The notes under the pieces are model-generated. The model worked only from the letters and a program-made list of their open reading frames with translations. It had not been told where the DNA came from and ran no database searches. This document shows, one piece after another, positions 25,784 through 38,571 of a stretch of 64,000 bases of DNA. The stretch is from the NCBI GenBank assembly GCA_964016885.1, contig OZ024746.1:91884001-91948000 (forward strand), written 5' to 3'. How positions within the stretch are numbered: position 1 is the stretch's first letter; each line of letters starts with the position of its first letter. The DNA comes from Eledone cirrhosa. Its lineage: Eukaryota. Position numbers and translations under genes: made by a program.

Positions 25784-26301
25784 TGAGTGTGTGTGTGTGT
25801 GTGTGAGTTTGAATCCCTAAAACTTTTTGATCCCCTAGGGACCATTAGGTGAAAAACTGCGTTTTTCAGATTTTTAGGGGTTTTTTGAGGCGTTACGTCA
25901 GACCGATCTCCTTGAAATTGTAACTATGTATTAGTCAGTCTCTTCTTCATACCGTGAGCAAAGAAAATCCAACTTTTTTATGGCATAGGTGAAAAACTTC
26001 ATTTTTTCAGCTTTTTAGGGCTTTTTTGAGGTGTTACGTCTAGCCGATTTTTCCAGAAATTTCAAGGCATATTATGCACATAAAAAAATTAATTTTCTTG
26101 ATCCCCTAGGGCCCGCATTAGGTGAAACCCTGCATTTTTCCTGCTTCATCGAGGAAAATCTTAAAGATTATCCAGCCATCAGAGTATTCGGTTTATTTTC
26201 TTTACATATTGTCCAGGCATGCACTTTTGCCACGATTAGGTCTGTTGGCGGCTCGCGTTCCAAAATACCTTATCCCGTGCAACGCCGGGTACCACTGCTA
26301 G
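25770..26301 (+). mobile_element. non-autonomous Helitron
   Basis: 3' hairpin cccgtgcaacgccggg then CTAG|T; 5' tatataaaac...gagtttgaatccctaaaac shared with 56525-57115. Confidence 0.75.
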
Positions 26302-26338
<37 letters not shown>

Positions 26339-26394
26339 ACATATATATATATATATATGCTTCAAGCAAAAGCAAACATTTCGTTATGTTTTGG

Positions 26395-26545
26395 TTAGAA
26401 GGCGGTGGAGCATCAGACAAGATACTTTGCGGTATTTAGTTATGACTTTCTACGTTCTGAGTTCACATCCGACCGAGCTCAACTAAGCCTTTCATTCTTC
26501 CGGGGTCGATAAAATAAAGCCACAGTTAAGTATTGGGGGTGATAA
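26395..26545 (+). mobile_element. SINE fragment
   Basis: ctgagttcacatcc...gcctttcattcttccggggtcgataaaataaag. Confidence 0.7.
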
Positions 26546-27028
26546 TCGACTTTTCCACCAATTTCTAATCAATTTTCAATTTGATTTGAGTCAATCAAAT
26601 TGATGGCCTGCTGCCAATGTTAGAAACAACGATCTTTTGATTAATTTATTAAAGATAAAACGAAAAACAATAATAAAAATAAAAACCGAAAATAAAGTAA
26701 ACATAATTTTGGAAAAATTATGTTTAAAAATTTAGTGTGTATTATTTTGTTGCTATGGTTGCCGACAGAGAAAAGTGTGAGAAGATAATAGAAAATGAGT
26801 AAGATTTTAAATGTTGACTTTCTTTGACCATTTTGTTAATTATATACAGTGGCGGAGGTAGTCATTGTTGGCCATTGTATCAGTGAGAGGGAAGAGTGGG
26901 ATTTGAAGGAGATTTACTGGCTACAGTCTAAAGACCTCACTTATTGGTTCATGTGTATATATATATATATATAAAATTGAAAAAGTGGAGAATAACATGG
27001 TCAACAGTACAAAAAAGGAGATTTATTT

Positions 27029-27139
27029 ACAGTCTAACGATTGTTTCACTGATAGAGTCGTCTAAAAATTGCTAAACACTGAAAGTAGTGCCACTCAATT
27101 TAAAATACATGTTGGTTCCATCATATCTTCAGAAACTGT
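27029..27139 (-). ncRNA. type I hammerhead motif with long stem II insert
   Basis: Minus strand acagttt-CTGAAGA-ta tgatgg...ctatca gt-GAAA-caatcg-TT-agactgt; 7-bp stem I. Confidence 0.55.
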
Positions 27140-27209
27140 CAAAAAATATATATATGTGTAACCGGTAAATTTACAAATTCAAATTACAACATCAATAATA
27201 ATATTAATA

Positions 27210-27394
27210 ACTGTTTCTACTCTTGGCACAAGGCCAGCAATTACCCAGTGTATTACTGGTACTTTATTTTATCGACCCCGTAAGGATGAAAGGCAAAGTT
27301 AACCTCGGCGGGATTTGAACTCAGATCATAAAGGGACATAACTCTATGCTTCAAAGCATTGTGTCCGACTCTCTACCGATACTGCCATTCCACC
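27210..27394 (-). mobile_element. tRNA-derived SINE with TSD
   Basis: Flanked by aatattaataac on both sides. Confidence 0.9.
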
Positions 27395-27417
27395 AATATT
27401 AATAACGATATCTTGTT

Positions 27418-27502
<85 letters not shown>

Positions 27503-27920
27503 GGGATATTTAATTTGTTGGTAATTCAACAAATATATATATTTATAACAGATTCGAAGCACTCGACAGTTTTTCTGGAGTATAATATCAATGATATTAA
27601 TAAATGGAAACTATATTTATAAAACCATATTTATTCTATTATATATATTTCAAGGGTACCAAAACTTTGGTACGCACTCATCAGATAAAATACAAAGTTT
27701 GTTTTATAAATATTGACATATCCAGGAATGAGACCTTTACGGTTCAAGTTTTACCTGGATAGTATTACCTATCCAGGTAAAACTTGAACCGTTAACGTCA
27801 ATATTTTTAAAAACAAACTTTATATTTTATCTGATGAGAGCGTACCAAAGTTTTGGTACCCTTGAAATATATATAATAGAATAAATATGGCTTTATAAAT
27901 ATAGTTTCCATTTATTAATA
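27503..27920. mobile_element. fold-back HHR cassette, family A, two intact cores
   Basis: Minus HHR 27632-27692 and plus HHR 27823-27883; central hairpin cggttcaagttttacctggatag/ctatccaggtaaaacttgaaccg. Confidence 0.85.
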
Positions 27921-28713
27921 CCATGTATGTATGTATGTATGTATGTATGTATGTATGTATGTATGTATGTATTATGTATGTATGTATGTATGTAGGACAA
28001 AACACGCTGTCTCTTCGTGGGGTAAGTTTTTAATTAATTTTTGTATTCTGAAACATCAAAATACAACAATTTGTTGGTTACTGGACTCGGGAATGTCACG
28101 ACAGAAGTTTGTGGAAGTTACACAAATATTTTAGTATATTTTAGCAGAGCAATCCTTATTTATATTTTACATTTACTTACATCTCAATATAACATGGCTA
28201 GAATTCAAATTTTGCTAAGAGAAGAAAACGGTCAAATGAACTAGATACATCTCACTGTCCCCACCACCACAATAACGTCTACACTCTCTCCCCACCATCA
28301 CATGTCATTACCATACCATACCCTATCGAGACTAAAGTCATCGACCTGTTGTCAAACCCTCTACTCTCTGATGAATGTATATATATATATGTGTGTGTAT
28401 GTATATGTGTGTATATACATCACTCATATGTGTGTGTATGTATATGTGTGTATATACATCACTCAGTCAAACAACCAGATTTCAACCCCAACATCTACAA
28501 CAACAACAACACCGGCACTAATGTTTACAGCAACAACAGCTTCAGAATGAACTGAAATGAACATTTACAACAATTACAACAACAACAACAACAGCGGCAT
28601 CAAAACATAAAAAAAGGAAGGGAAAAGAAAAAAGAAAAGGGAAGGGGAAAAAAAAAAAAAAAAAAAAAAAAAAAGGGAGAAAAAAAGAAAGGAAAAGAAA
28701 AACTCAAAATAAC

Positions 28714-28756
<43 letters not shown>

Positions 28757-29168
28757 CAGAACAACAACATCAACTGCCACCACCGCCACCGCCGTCGCCA
28801 TCACCATCACCAGCGACCTTAAGAACAACTTTAATAATAATTTTTCTGCTTTTGGCACGGATCCAGCGACTGGCCAGCGCATCACTGGTACTCTCTTTTG
28901 TTGACTCCGTGGAGAGCCATAACTCTATGCTGTAAAGCAATTATAGTAATACTGGACTGTAATACGATCGGCTTCAACTATACAAACTCTTGAAAGTCAA
29001 CAGTTGACATAATCTGGTAATCTTGTATCAGTAATGACGGTAATATATATATATATATGTGTGTGTGTGCGTGTAAGTGAGTAGAGTAGCGTGTGTGTGT
29101 GTTTGTTGTGTGTGTGAGTGTTGCTGTGTGCACGCATATGTATGCGTGTGTGTGTATGTCGTACGTAT

Positions 29169-29510
29169 AAGTGTCAATAAGTAATTTTTTTTTTTTTTTT
29201 TTTTTTTGCGCGGGGACATAGAAATAATCGGGCTGGATGCCCGATCGCGCAGTTAAACCACTGGGAGTGAAGAACCCCTAGCCCATGTCAGGGTATTCTT
29301 CTAGGAGAAGGCATCTCAGGAAACTGGGTTAACTCCGATATAAAACCTGCGGCTCAGTAGTTACCGATGATGTTGATCTTTTCTTCTTTTCGGGTTATAG
29401 CTACTGTCGCTCAGAGAGTGGGATTGGTTCAGTGCACAGTCTTTCCTCACTTTAAAAATATTCGTCACGCACAGGCATTGCACGAGTGCATTAATAATTA
29501 TTAATAGTGT

Positions 29511-29545
<35 letters not shown>

Positions 29546-29550
29546 TATTA

Positions 29551-29584
<34 letters not shown>

Positions 29585-32500
29585 CCAATTCAATGATGTT
29601 CCAGAACAATGTAAACGAGATAATTGCCAATTTGGGTTCTGGAACAAAAGAGATCATTGGCAATAAGGGCAGGGGTCCCAAGTTATCACAACCTGGGCCC
29701 GCCCGTCATCGTGCCATTGTAATAGAGCCAAACAGGGCATTTAGTCTTGGCTGCTGGAACGTACGGACGCTGCTTGACGGGGATTCTTTGGAGCGTCCTG
29801 AACGAAGGACCGCTCTTGTTGCGAGGGAGCTTCGACGTTACGATCTTGACATCGTGGCTTTGTCTGAGACGAGGTTAGCTGGAGATGGTCATCTTGCGGA
29901 ATTTTGTGGAGAATATACATTCTTCTGGAAAGGAAGAGATGAAGGAACCAGAAGAGAGGCTGGGGTGGGATTTGCTGTTAAGACTGTACTGGTGAATAAA
30001 TTAGAAGAATTCCCAGTGGGGATTAGTGAGCGTCTTATGTCCATGAGAGTTCCGCTGGACAAGGGAAGATATGCTACCCTGGTGAGTGTGTATGCTCCAA
30101 CTATGAATTCTGTCGATGAAGAAAAACTGTCCTTTTACCATGCCTTGAAAGGTGTTTTAAGAAATATCCCTCAGGCAGACAAAGTCATCGTGCTTGGTGA
30201 CTTTAATGCTAGAGTGGGTAGGGATTTTAACACATGGAATGTAATCGGAAGGCATGGGGTGGGAAAGTGTAACAGCAATGGTATGCTCTTGCTGCAGATG
30301 TGTGAGGAGCTAGATCTGTGTGTTACCAACACCATGTTCCAACAAAAGAACAAATTCAAGACCACATGGATGCATCCTGCATCTAAGGAATGGCATCTTT
30401 TGGACTACGTCCTAGTCAGGATGCGTGACAGACAGGATGTGCAGTGTGTTCGTGTTCTTCGTGGAGCTGAGTGCTGGACGGACCACCGCCTGGTGCGCGC
30501 AAAAGTGAATCTAATCACCAAACGTAAAATCCGGGCTCCTGGTGTTACCCTGCCCAAAAGATTGAATGCTGCTCGTCTTAAGGATAAAAATGTGAAGAGG
30601 ACATTGGAAGAAGAGATGCAGGCTGCAGATCTTGGTGAGGATTGGCCGACCCTTAAAAAGTCGGTTTATGATGTAGGCAGGCGTGTTCTGGGATTGGTGC
30701 AGAGAAAACATCAGGACTGGTTTAATGAGAATGATGTACATATAGAAGACTTGTTGGCTGATAAGAGGCGTGCTCTGTCACGCTACTTGACGGCAAAACC
30801 ACAGGAGAGGAATACGTTGCATGAGGAGCTCAGGGATGTAAAATCACGTGTTAGGCGGAGTCTTTCTCAGATGAAGGATCAGTGGTGGAGTGAGAAGGCT
30901 GGTGAGATACAAACTGCGTCTGATTGCAATAACACAAAGCTGTTGTACAGTCTCTTGCGTGAGGTTTATGGACCGTCTTCTTCTCTGGTGACACCGATTC
31001 GCAGCAGGGATGGCAAAGAACTTCTTCGTGACTCACAGGGAATTCTACGAAGGTGGCGAGAGCACTTTGATGATCTTTTGAATCAGCCGTCTGTCGTCAG
31101 TGAAGATTTCCTCAATCTCATTCCGGAAAGTCCTGTGAAAGTAGCTCTCGCAGAACCTCCGACACTTGTGGAGGTTGCAGTGGCTATTTCGAAGCTGAAC
31201 AGTGGAAGATCTCCAGGTATGGATGGCATACATGCTGAGCTCCTACAATATGGTGGTGAGAGACTCCTGCAACATCTTCACTCTCTGTTTGGAAGGATAT
31301 GGGCTAATGAATCCGTGCCTGAGGACTGGAGAGATGCAGTAATGGTGGTCTTGTACAAGGGAAAGGGTAACAGGAATGATTGTGGGAACTACAGAGGTAT
31401 ATCATTGCTTTCTGTCGTGGGGAAAGTTTTATGTAGGGTGCTTCTGGACCGTCTGCTGACACACATTGCAGATTGTGTCCTTCCTGAAAGTCAATCTGGT
31501 TTTCGTGTTGGACGCGGCACTACTGATATGATCTTCTCAGCTAGACAGCTCCAGGAGAAGTGCATTGAACAGGGCTTGGATCTGTATCAGGTTTTTGTCG
31601 ATCTGACAAAGGCTTTCGATACTGTCAACAGAGATGCATTATGGAAGATTCTCCAGAAACTTGGTTGCCCTGATAAGTTCCTTGCTTTAGTTAGGTCTTT
31701 CCATGACGACATGAGGGCTTGGGTTAATGTCGGAGGTAACATGTCGGAGCCTATCTCAGTAAAAAATGGAGTGAAACAGGGGGATATTCCAGCACCGACC
31801 CTGTTTGCCATATACTTTGCAATGGTTTTCTGTGTTGCATTCAGGAATTGCGAGCATGGTGTTTACATCCGATATCGAACCTCAGGCAGCATATTTAACA
31901 TCAGGCGCTTTGCTGCGAAGACAAAGGTATTTACATCGGTCATAAGAGACCTCTTGTATGCAGATGATTGCGATCTTGTAGCGCACACAGAGAGTGATAT
32001 GCAGCACATTTTGAATGTATTTTCTGACGCTTGCACTGCCCTGGGTTTGACTGTCAGTCTCAAGAAAACTGTCGTCATGTACCAACCTGCACCTGGTAGG
32101 CAGTACACTGAACCAAACATCTATGTGTATGGCAGACGACTTGGAGTGGTTGATCAGTTTGTCTACCTGGGAAGCACTGTCAATCGATACGGCAACCTTG
32201 ACAGTGAAATCTCACTTAGGATTAGGAAAGCAAGTGATGCTTTCGGAAAGCTAGAAAGGCGACTCTGGGGTCGGCGAGACATATGCAGGAGGACAAAGGT
32301 AAGGGTGTACAGGGCATGTGTACTCTCTTGTCTTCTTTATGCCTGCGAGACCTGGGTCACATATCGACGCCACCTTAGGCAATTGGAGCGTTTCCATCAG
32401 ATGTGTCTCAGACGGATACATGGCGTTCGCTGGAGGGACCACATCAGTGATGTCGAGATTTTGGAAAGCTCTATGTGTGACAGTATAGAAGCTCTTGTGC

Positions 32501-33146
32501 TTAAGCAGCGACTCCGTTGGAGTGGTCACCTTGCCAGGATGAAGGATTCTAGAATACCAAAACAACTCTTCTATGGAGAGTTGGTTAAAGGAAAACGACC
32601 GCCACATAAACCAAAAAAGAGGTATAAGGATTCCTTGAAGGCCTCTCTGAAAGACGCTAACATCTCTGCTGATACATGGGAAAATATTGCTGCTGATCGT
32701 AATAAATGGAGAAAGACTGTATATGAGGGAAAAGTTGCCTTTGAGGCATCTCGAATCGCACACGAGAAAGTAAAGCGGGACGTGAGGAAGGGTATTGCTG
32801 TTGCACTTCCAGACGGCGAGGGTCCTCCTATGTTTCTGACATGCAGCGTCTGTGCGAGACTCTGCCTAAGCAAAGCTGGACTCGAAAGTCATCTTCGCAG
32901 TCATAAAGTAAGACCAGTGGTTGACTACCAGGCTGCTGTTGGAGATGCTACTCATCATGCTTGCCAAACATGTGGTAGAGAATGTAAATCAGCAGGAGGA
33001 CTCAAGCGACATGCAAAAGTACACGAACTCCAACCACAGCCGACTATTCCCAGTAAATGTTTTGGTTGCCGACTCTGTGCAAGACATTTTAGATCATTGG
33101 CTGGGCTAAAAAGCCACATTCGATCGCAGCACTGTTAGTTGCTATC

Positions 33147-33211
<65 letters not shown>

Positions 33212-33224
33212 TGTATGTATGTAT
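29169..33224 (+). mobile_element. apparently full-length RTE-clade LINE
   Basis: GC-rich island holding a single intact ORF; (GT)n/(ATGT)n tail; candidate TSD gtatgt(a)cgtacgtat at 29154-29168 and 33225-33240. Confidence 0.85.
29593..33138 (+). CDS. RTE LINE polyprotein: APE endonuclease, reverse transcriptase, 3 C2H2 zinc fingers (1181 aa)
   Basis: GCWNVRT, LSETR, YAPT, LGDFNARVG, TDHRLV (APE); NYRGISLL, FVDLTKAFD, GVKQG, LLYADD (RT); three CxxC-x12-H-x3/4-H motifs at ~32842-33132. Confidence 0.95.
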   Translation: MMFQNNVNEIIANLGSGTKEIIGNKGRGPKLSQPGPARHRAIVIEPNRAFSLGCWNVRTLLDGDSLERPERRTALVARELRRYDLDIVALSETRLAGDGHLAEFCGEYTFFWKGRDEGTRREAGVGFAVKTVLVNKLEEFPVGISERLMSMRVPLDKGRYATLVSVYAPTMNSVDEEKLSFYHALKGVLRNIPQADKVIVLGDFNARVGRDFNTWNVIGRHGVGKCNSNGMLLLQMCEELDLCVTNTMFQQKNKFKTTWMHPASKEWHLLDYVLVRMRDRQDVQCVRVLRGAECWTDHRLVRAKVNLITKRKIRAPGVTLPKRLNAARLKDKNVKRTLEEEMQAADLGEDWPTLKKSVYDVGRRVLGLVQRKHQDWFNENDVHIEDLLADKRRALSRYLTAKPQERNTLHEELRDVKSRVRRSLSQMKDQWWSEKAGEIQTASDCNNTKLLYSLLREVYGPSSSLVTPIRSRDGKELLRDSQGILRRWREHFDDLLNQPSVVSEDFLNLIPESPVKVALAEPPTLVEVAVAISKLNSGRSPGMDGIHAELLQYGGERLLQHLHSLFGRIWANESVPEDWRDAVMVVLYKGKGNRNDCGNYRGISLLSVVGKVLCRVLLDRLLTHIADCVLPESQSGFRVGRGTTDMIFSARQLQEKCIEQGLDLYQVFVDLTKAFDTVNRDALWKILQKLGCPDKFLALVRSFHDDMRAWVNVGGNMSEPISVKNGVKQGDIPAPTLFAIYFAMVFCVAFRNCEHGVYIRYRTSGSIFNIRRFAAKTKVFTSVIRDLLYADDCDLVAHTESDMQHILNVFSDACTALGLTVSLKKTVVMYQPAPGRQYTEPNIYVYGRRLGVVDQFVYLGSTVNRYGNLDSEISLRIRKASDAFGKLERRLWGRRDICRRTKVRVYRACVLSCLLYACETWVTYRRHLRQLERFHQMCLRRIHGVRWRDHISDVEILESSMCDSIEALVLKQRLRWSGHLARMKDSRIPKQLFYGELVKGKRPPHKPKKRYKDSLKASLKDANISADTWENIAADRNKWRKTVYEGKVAFEASRIAHEKVKRDVRKGIAVALPDGEGPPMFLTCSVCARLCLSKAGLESHLRSHKVRPVVDYQAAVGDATHHACQTCGRECKSAGGLKRHAKVHELQPQPTIPSKCFGCRLCARHFRSLAGLKSHIRSQHC

Positions 33225-33384
33225 GTATGTACGTACGTATGTGTGTGTGTGTGTGTGGACCCATAACTCCTGAGGAGTTATAGAAACTCCTCGGGCAATA
33301 TTTTTAAAACCCAGATGAGCCCATCTCCTCTCCAAGTCTGAATACAGTAGATTTCTCCGAGAGAGAGAGGGGAAGAAACCTTTT

Positions 33385-34010
33385 TGAACAAAGCAAACAG
33401 TTTGACTCTAATAGAAAAGGATTTTATGAAGAGCGAGGTAAAAGTAAATTAGATACTAGTGCACTGCCAACAACAAGAAGTAGAAGAACTATGGTGTGAA
33501 TTATGAACAATGAAAGGAAAGCTATGGACGAAATCTTGAAAACAATCACAACACCTGATCAATCACGGAAGGCCATATTAACATAAGATGCCGCGCAGAC
33601 GTTACATGAAAATAAATAAATAAATATCTAGAATGAATAACTGATAGCTGGAAGGCAGAAGAAAGTGTTAAAGCCATAAACTTCTGGTTGAAATATTAAT
33701 AGGCATACATAAAATGCTGGTAAATATAATTAACGACCTATTGAGAGTGCCGGAAACAACACCTGAATGGCTGATTGAAACCATCTTGCCAAGAATAAAG
33801 AAACAACAATGGCTGGTATATTGCTTGCCAATTAATAACTGCAATAATCTGAGAGGAGATAAATAATAACCCGGAAACACATTTCACTTGGAAAAGAACA
33901 GAAGCAATGCAGTAAAGGGTCATATGACTGTAAAGATCAATTTCCGATCAACGAAGCTATAATCGAAGACTGCAGGAGAAAGGTCTGATTATAAAATGGA
34001 TTGACTACCC
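33385..34010 (+). pseudogene. decayed R4/Dong-like LINE RT fragment
   Basis: Broken motifs INFWLK, PETTPEWLIE, DCKDQFPIN (compare GCKDQLLI), WIDY. Confidence 0.5.
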
Positions 34011-34758
34011 GAAGAAACAACGTCTGTATTTCAAGTACACAACCGGAAATATGACACACATATTTACTAGGAATAGAGGATGCCTTCTGCCACTAGAAAC
34101 TTATAGTGGTAAGAAACTCTCAGGAGAGCTGGACAGCAGGGGGTCTTCAGAGAAGACCCCATCCCCTTCAAGCGAGTGTTTTGGTCCTTAACTTCTTACA
34201 CTCTAAAGGGGCCGGGCTGCTTCTAGGTCCTGACTCCTGGGTTCCCTTCAGAAATCAGGCTTGCTGTGTATTTAAAGCGTATGGAGATTTTGTTGACAAG
34301 ATCTAGAACAACAACACTATATCACGAAGAATAGAGAAAAGCTGATACAAAAAGCTACAAAATAAAATAGAACGATGGAACAACATTAACAATAAAACCA
34401 ACAAATATGAAATAAAATTAAGAAACAATAACCAAAATATAATATAAAGATAACTGGAAAAGGGATAAAAGCCCTTAATTCTTGGTGGAGTCGTAGGGTC
34501 ACCTTCCTGGTAGAAACAGATGAGGTTTTCTAGAGAGAGAGATAGAGAGCGTTGAATCGATCTTAAACTGGCATTTTATTTATGGACGTCGAAAGGATAA
34601 AATGAAAATCGTTCTCAGCGGGATTTGCATTCAGAATATGGTAGAAACTACCGAGAATATATATTTAGTCAGAAGACAAAAGATACGTACAGAATTTGGG
34701 GACGTTGGAAAGAAACAATTGATAAAATTATTCCTGGCAGCCCAGTCCTATGCAAATG

Positions 34759-34821
<63 letters not shown>

Positions 34822-34822
<1 letters not shown>

Positions 34823-35905
34823 TATGTATGTATACGTACATACATACATGTATACAGACGTACAGTAGTATGTATATATATACATACATGCACACATACA
34901 TATATGTACGTATGGGTTTACCGAACATTTATTATAATGCTCGGTCTGCCTATGGGTAACAAGATGGCTGCCAAAGGGCATATTTACCTTACTAATTAGA
35001 GGGTGGTTTCAGGGGAAGTAACTTCTCGAGAGATTAGAGATTGTGAGTATTTATAATTAAGTGCTAGTTTTTAAATTTTTTAATTGAGAGACAATGTAGG
35101 GGAGGTAACTTATAATTATCGAGTTGTTCATAGCAATTTAACTTATTAGCTATAAGTAGAAATGGGGCTACATGACTAAGTTGGGTCAAAAACTCTATTG
35201 GCGTAGGAATTAGCCCTTCGATGTTGACAGCTAATGGTTAGCTCCGTTCTATCGTTAATCGGTAGAGGTCGTGATAGAGTTATGTAATATGCTTCCGTAA
35301 CACAGAGATCACAAAATTTTCTTCGTCCATTGAACGGTTGGGCCCTAGCCACGATATCCCATTTTAGTGAGTGTTGAACGTTGTTTAATTTAAGGTTTTT
35401 AATGAGCCTAGCTAGCGATGTCGAACATCTGTTGCTAGGGTCTCGGAAGGAAAAAGAGTGCGCGTTATAGCGTACCTTAAAAGAGTTAGAGGTAGACCCG
35501 ATATAAGAGCTGGTATTCTAAGCAGTCTCAACCGTGCACCTATAGACTATGTTGGGTGTCAGGCAGTGTCCATTTAATGGACATGCATTGGGGTAACGGC
35601 AGTTGCAGTTGCTTCTGCGGTTAGTGAGAGTAGGGTTGTTTAACCTAAGCAGTAGGTCCGTGCTAGAAGGATTAGATTGGGGAGGTGTGCTACTAGAGTA
35701 ATTATTGGTGTAGTGGTGTGGTGTATTTGATAGGGGTGGTGGTAGCGCGGTGTGGGAGTTATACTGTCTTAGCTTATGATGGTTACTGAACGCGATGTGG
35801 CTAGCTAGGTTAGGTGTTGTGGAGAATGAGATTTTAATGTTATTTTTATTAAAGAGTTTGTAATATCTATGGTTGCTTTCTACTGCATATTGCACATTGA
35901 GCACA
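34822..35905 (-). pseudogene. 3' end of a Penelope-like element: GIY-YIG endonuclease plus 3' terminal repeat
   Basis: KLFNKNNIKISFS..PNL, CNCRYPNACPLNGHCLTPNIVYRCTV..*..YIGST..FKVRYNAH..KWDIV..CDLCVTE; in-frame TAG at 35518; 3' end shared with elements at 10.7 kb and 37.9 kb. Confidence 0.85.
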
Positions 35906-36003
35906 TGCCTTTACGCTTTGGCTTCTAACTAACTCACCAATCTCTCCTCTCATATCTCCTCTACTATCTCCATCTCTCTCTTTAAGATTGGTTACTCTTG
36001 AAC

Positions 36004-36985
<982 letters not shown>

Positions 36986-37189
36986 GAGGTGAGTTTTATT
37001 GTATCACAATAAAGTAATGCAAATATCGGATAAGTAGCACTCTACAGTTTGTAGGACTGGGGTATAAATAATATAAGATCAAAAGATGGTTAAAAGAGTT
37101 CCAAGTATTTTATTATGCGCATTTCAACATATGTTGATATAAAACTTCACTATTCACAAGTGTTTTTTAACCTTCATATCATGTATCCC

Positions 37190-37260
37190 TATTTTATCTG
37201 ATGAAAACGCAGATATCATCTCATGATGATATTTGTTTTTGAAATGCGCATAATAAAATA
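37190..37260 (+). ncRNA. type I hammerhead motif in a fold-back cassette (~37070-37300)
   Basis: tattttat-CTGATGA-aaacgcagatatcatc tcat gatgatatttgttttt-GAAA-tgcgca-TA-ataaaata; perfect 8-bp stem I. Confidence 0.75.
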
Positions 37261-37828
37261 CTTGGAACTCTTTTAACCATCTTCTGATCTTCTATTATAT
37301 ATATATATATATAAGATATATATATATATATAATATATATATATATATATAACGACTTTTTTTAGCCGTTGTTCGCACCAACCTGAGGCATATGGCCCTT
37401 AAAGCGATGAAATGCCTGGGACGGTTGGAGGGTCACTGATGAAGGACTCACTTTTTCATATGCACCACCATTTGCAACGGGCAGCCATCATTATTATCAT
37501 ATTTACACATAATTTTTCTTCTGCTGCCATCCGTCCGTTTCGTCCTTTGTACCTTTACCCTTTCTCGTTCTTTGTACCTTTTACCCTTTCTAGCAGTCTC
37601 TCTCTCTGTTAGCCTCCTCCTCAACTTTCACTCACTCATTCTCTGTTACTACCTCTCCTCCTCCTCCTCCAAAAGATGTGAGTTCGTGTCCCCTGTACGT
37701 CAATGTTCATCCTTTTTCCATTCTGGTTTTTTTTTTATAACTCCAACTATTAGGCTAATTTAATCAGTAAAAAATACGGTGGAAGCTCTATTTTCACTAT
37801 CTAATTTTCAACTTCTCCGCTGTTTGTA

Positions 37829-37875
<47 letters not shown>

Positions 37876-38020
37876 TATGTATACGTACATACATATATGT
37901 ACGTATGGATTTACCGAACATTTATTATAATGTTCGGTTTGTTTGTAAACAAACATCCCGGATTAAGCTGTACAGTGTTTAGCAACCATCGTTGCCCTTT
38001 TGTTCAACACTGACAAAGGA

Positions 38021-38063
38021 ACGCTGTACTAGTTTCAAGCTTATTAGCTATCGTCAGCAACGT
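38021..38063 (-). ncRNA. hammerhead motif, paralogue of 10609-10651
   Basis: Minus strand acgttg-CTGACGA-tagctaataagctt-GAAA-ctag-TA-cagcgt. Confidence 0.75.
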
Positions 38064-38571
38064 ATACCTTCCTGCCAGATGATTGAACGTCTGAAAGTAT
38101 ATACTTTCCTTATGCATATTATTGAAACTAGTACATATATTGAAACTAGTACAGCGTTCCTTTGTCAGTGCAACGATGGTTGCTAGACACTGTACGGCTT
38201 AATTCGGGATGTTTGTTTACAAACACACCGAGCATTATAATAAATGTTCGGTGAATCCATACGTACATATATATATATGTGTGCATGTATGTATATATCT
38301 GCGTCACCAGAACAAGGTTAAATGACCAGCAGGGGAGTCCCGAGGCTAGCGCTATATGGAAAATGACATAATACATGATGCACATAATGTTATAAAATGT
38401 CTTAAAAATTTAAAGATTAAAAATTAAAAATTAAAAATTACACCAAAAATTTTAGTATACTAGTTATCCTACATTGAGCTAAAACCACACTGTCATACCC
38501 AGGGCAATATATCTTCATGTATAGGCATATTGATATATTTGTCAACGAAATATATATATATATATATATAT

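Noticed and set aside
30171-33109. Short antisense and alternative-frame ORFs within the RTE
   Set aside because: Shadows of the long sense ORF
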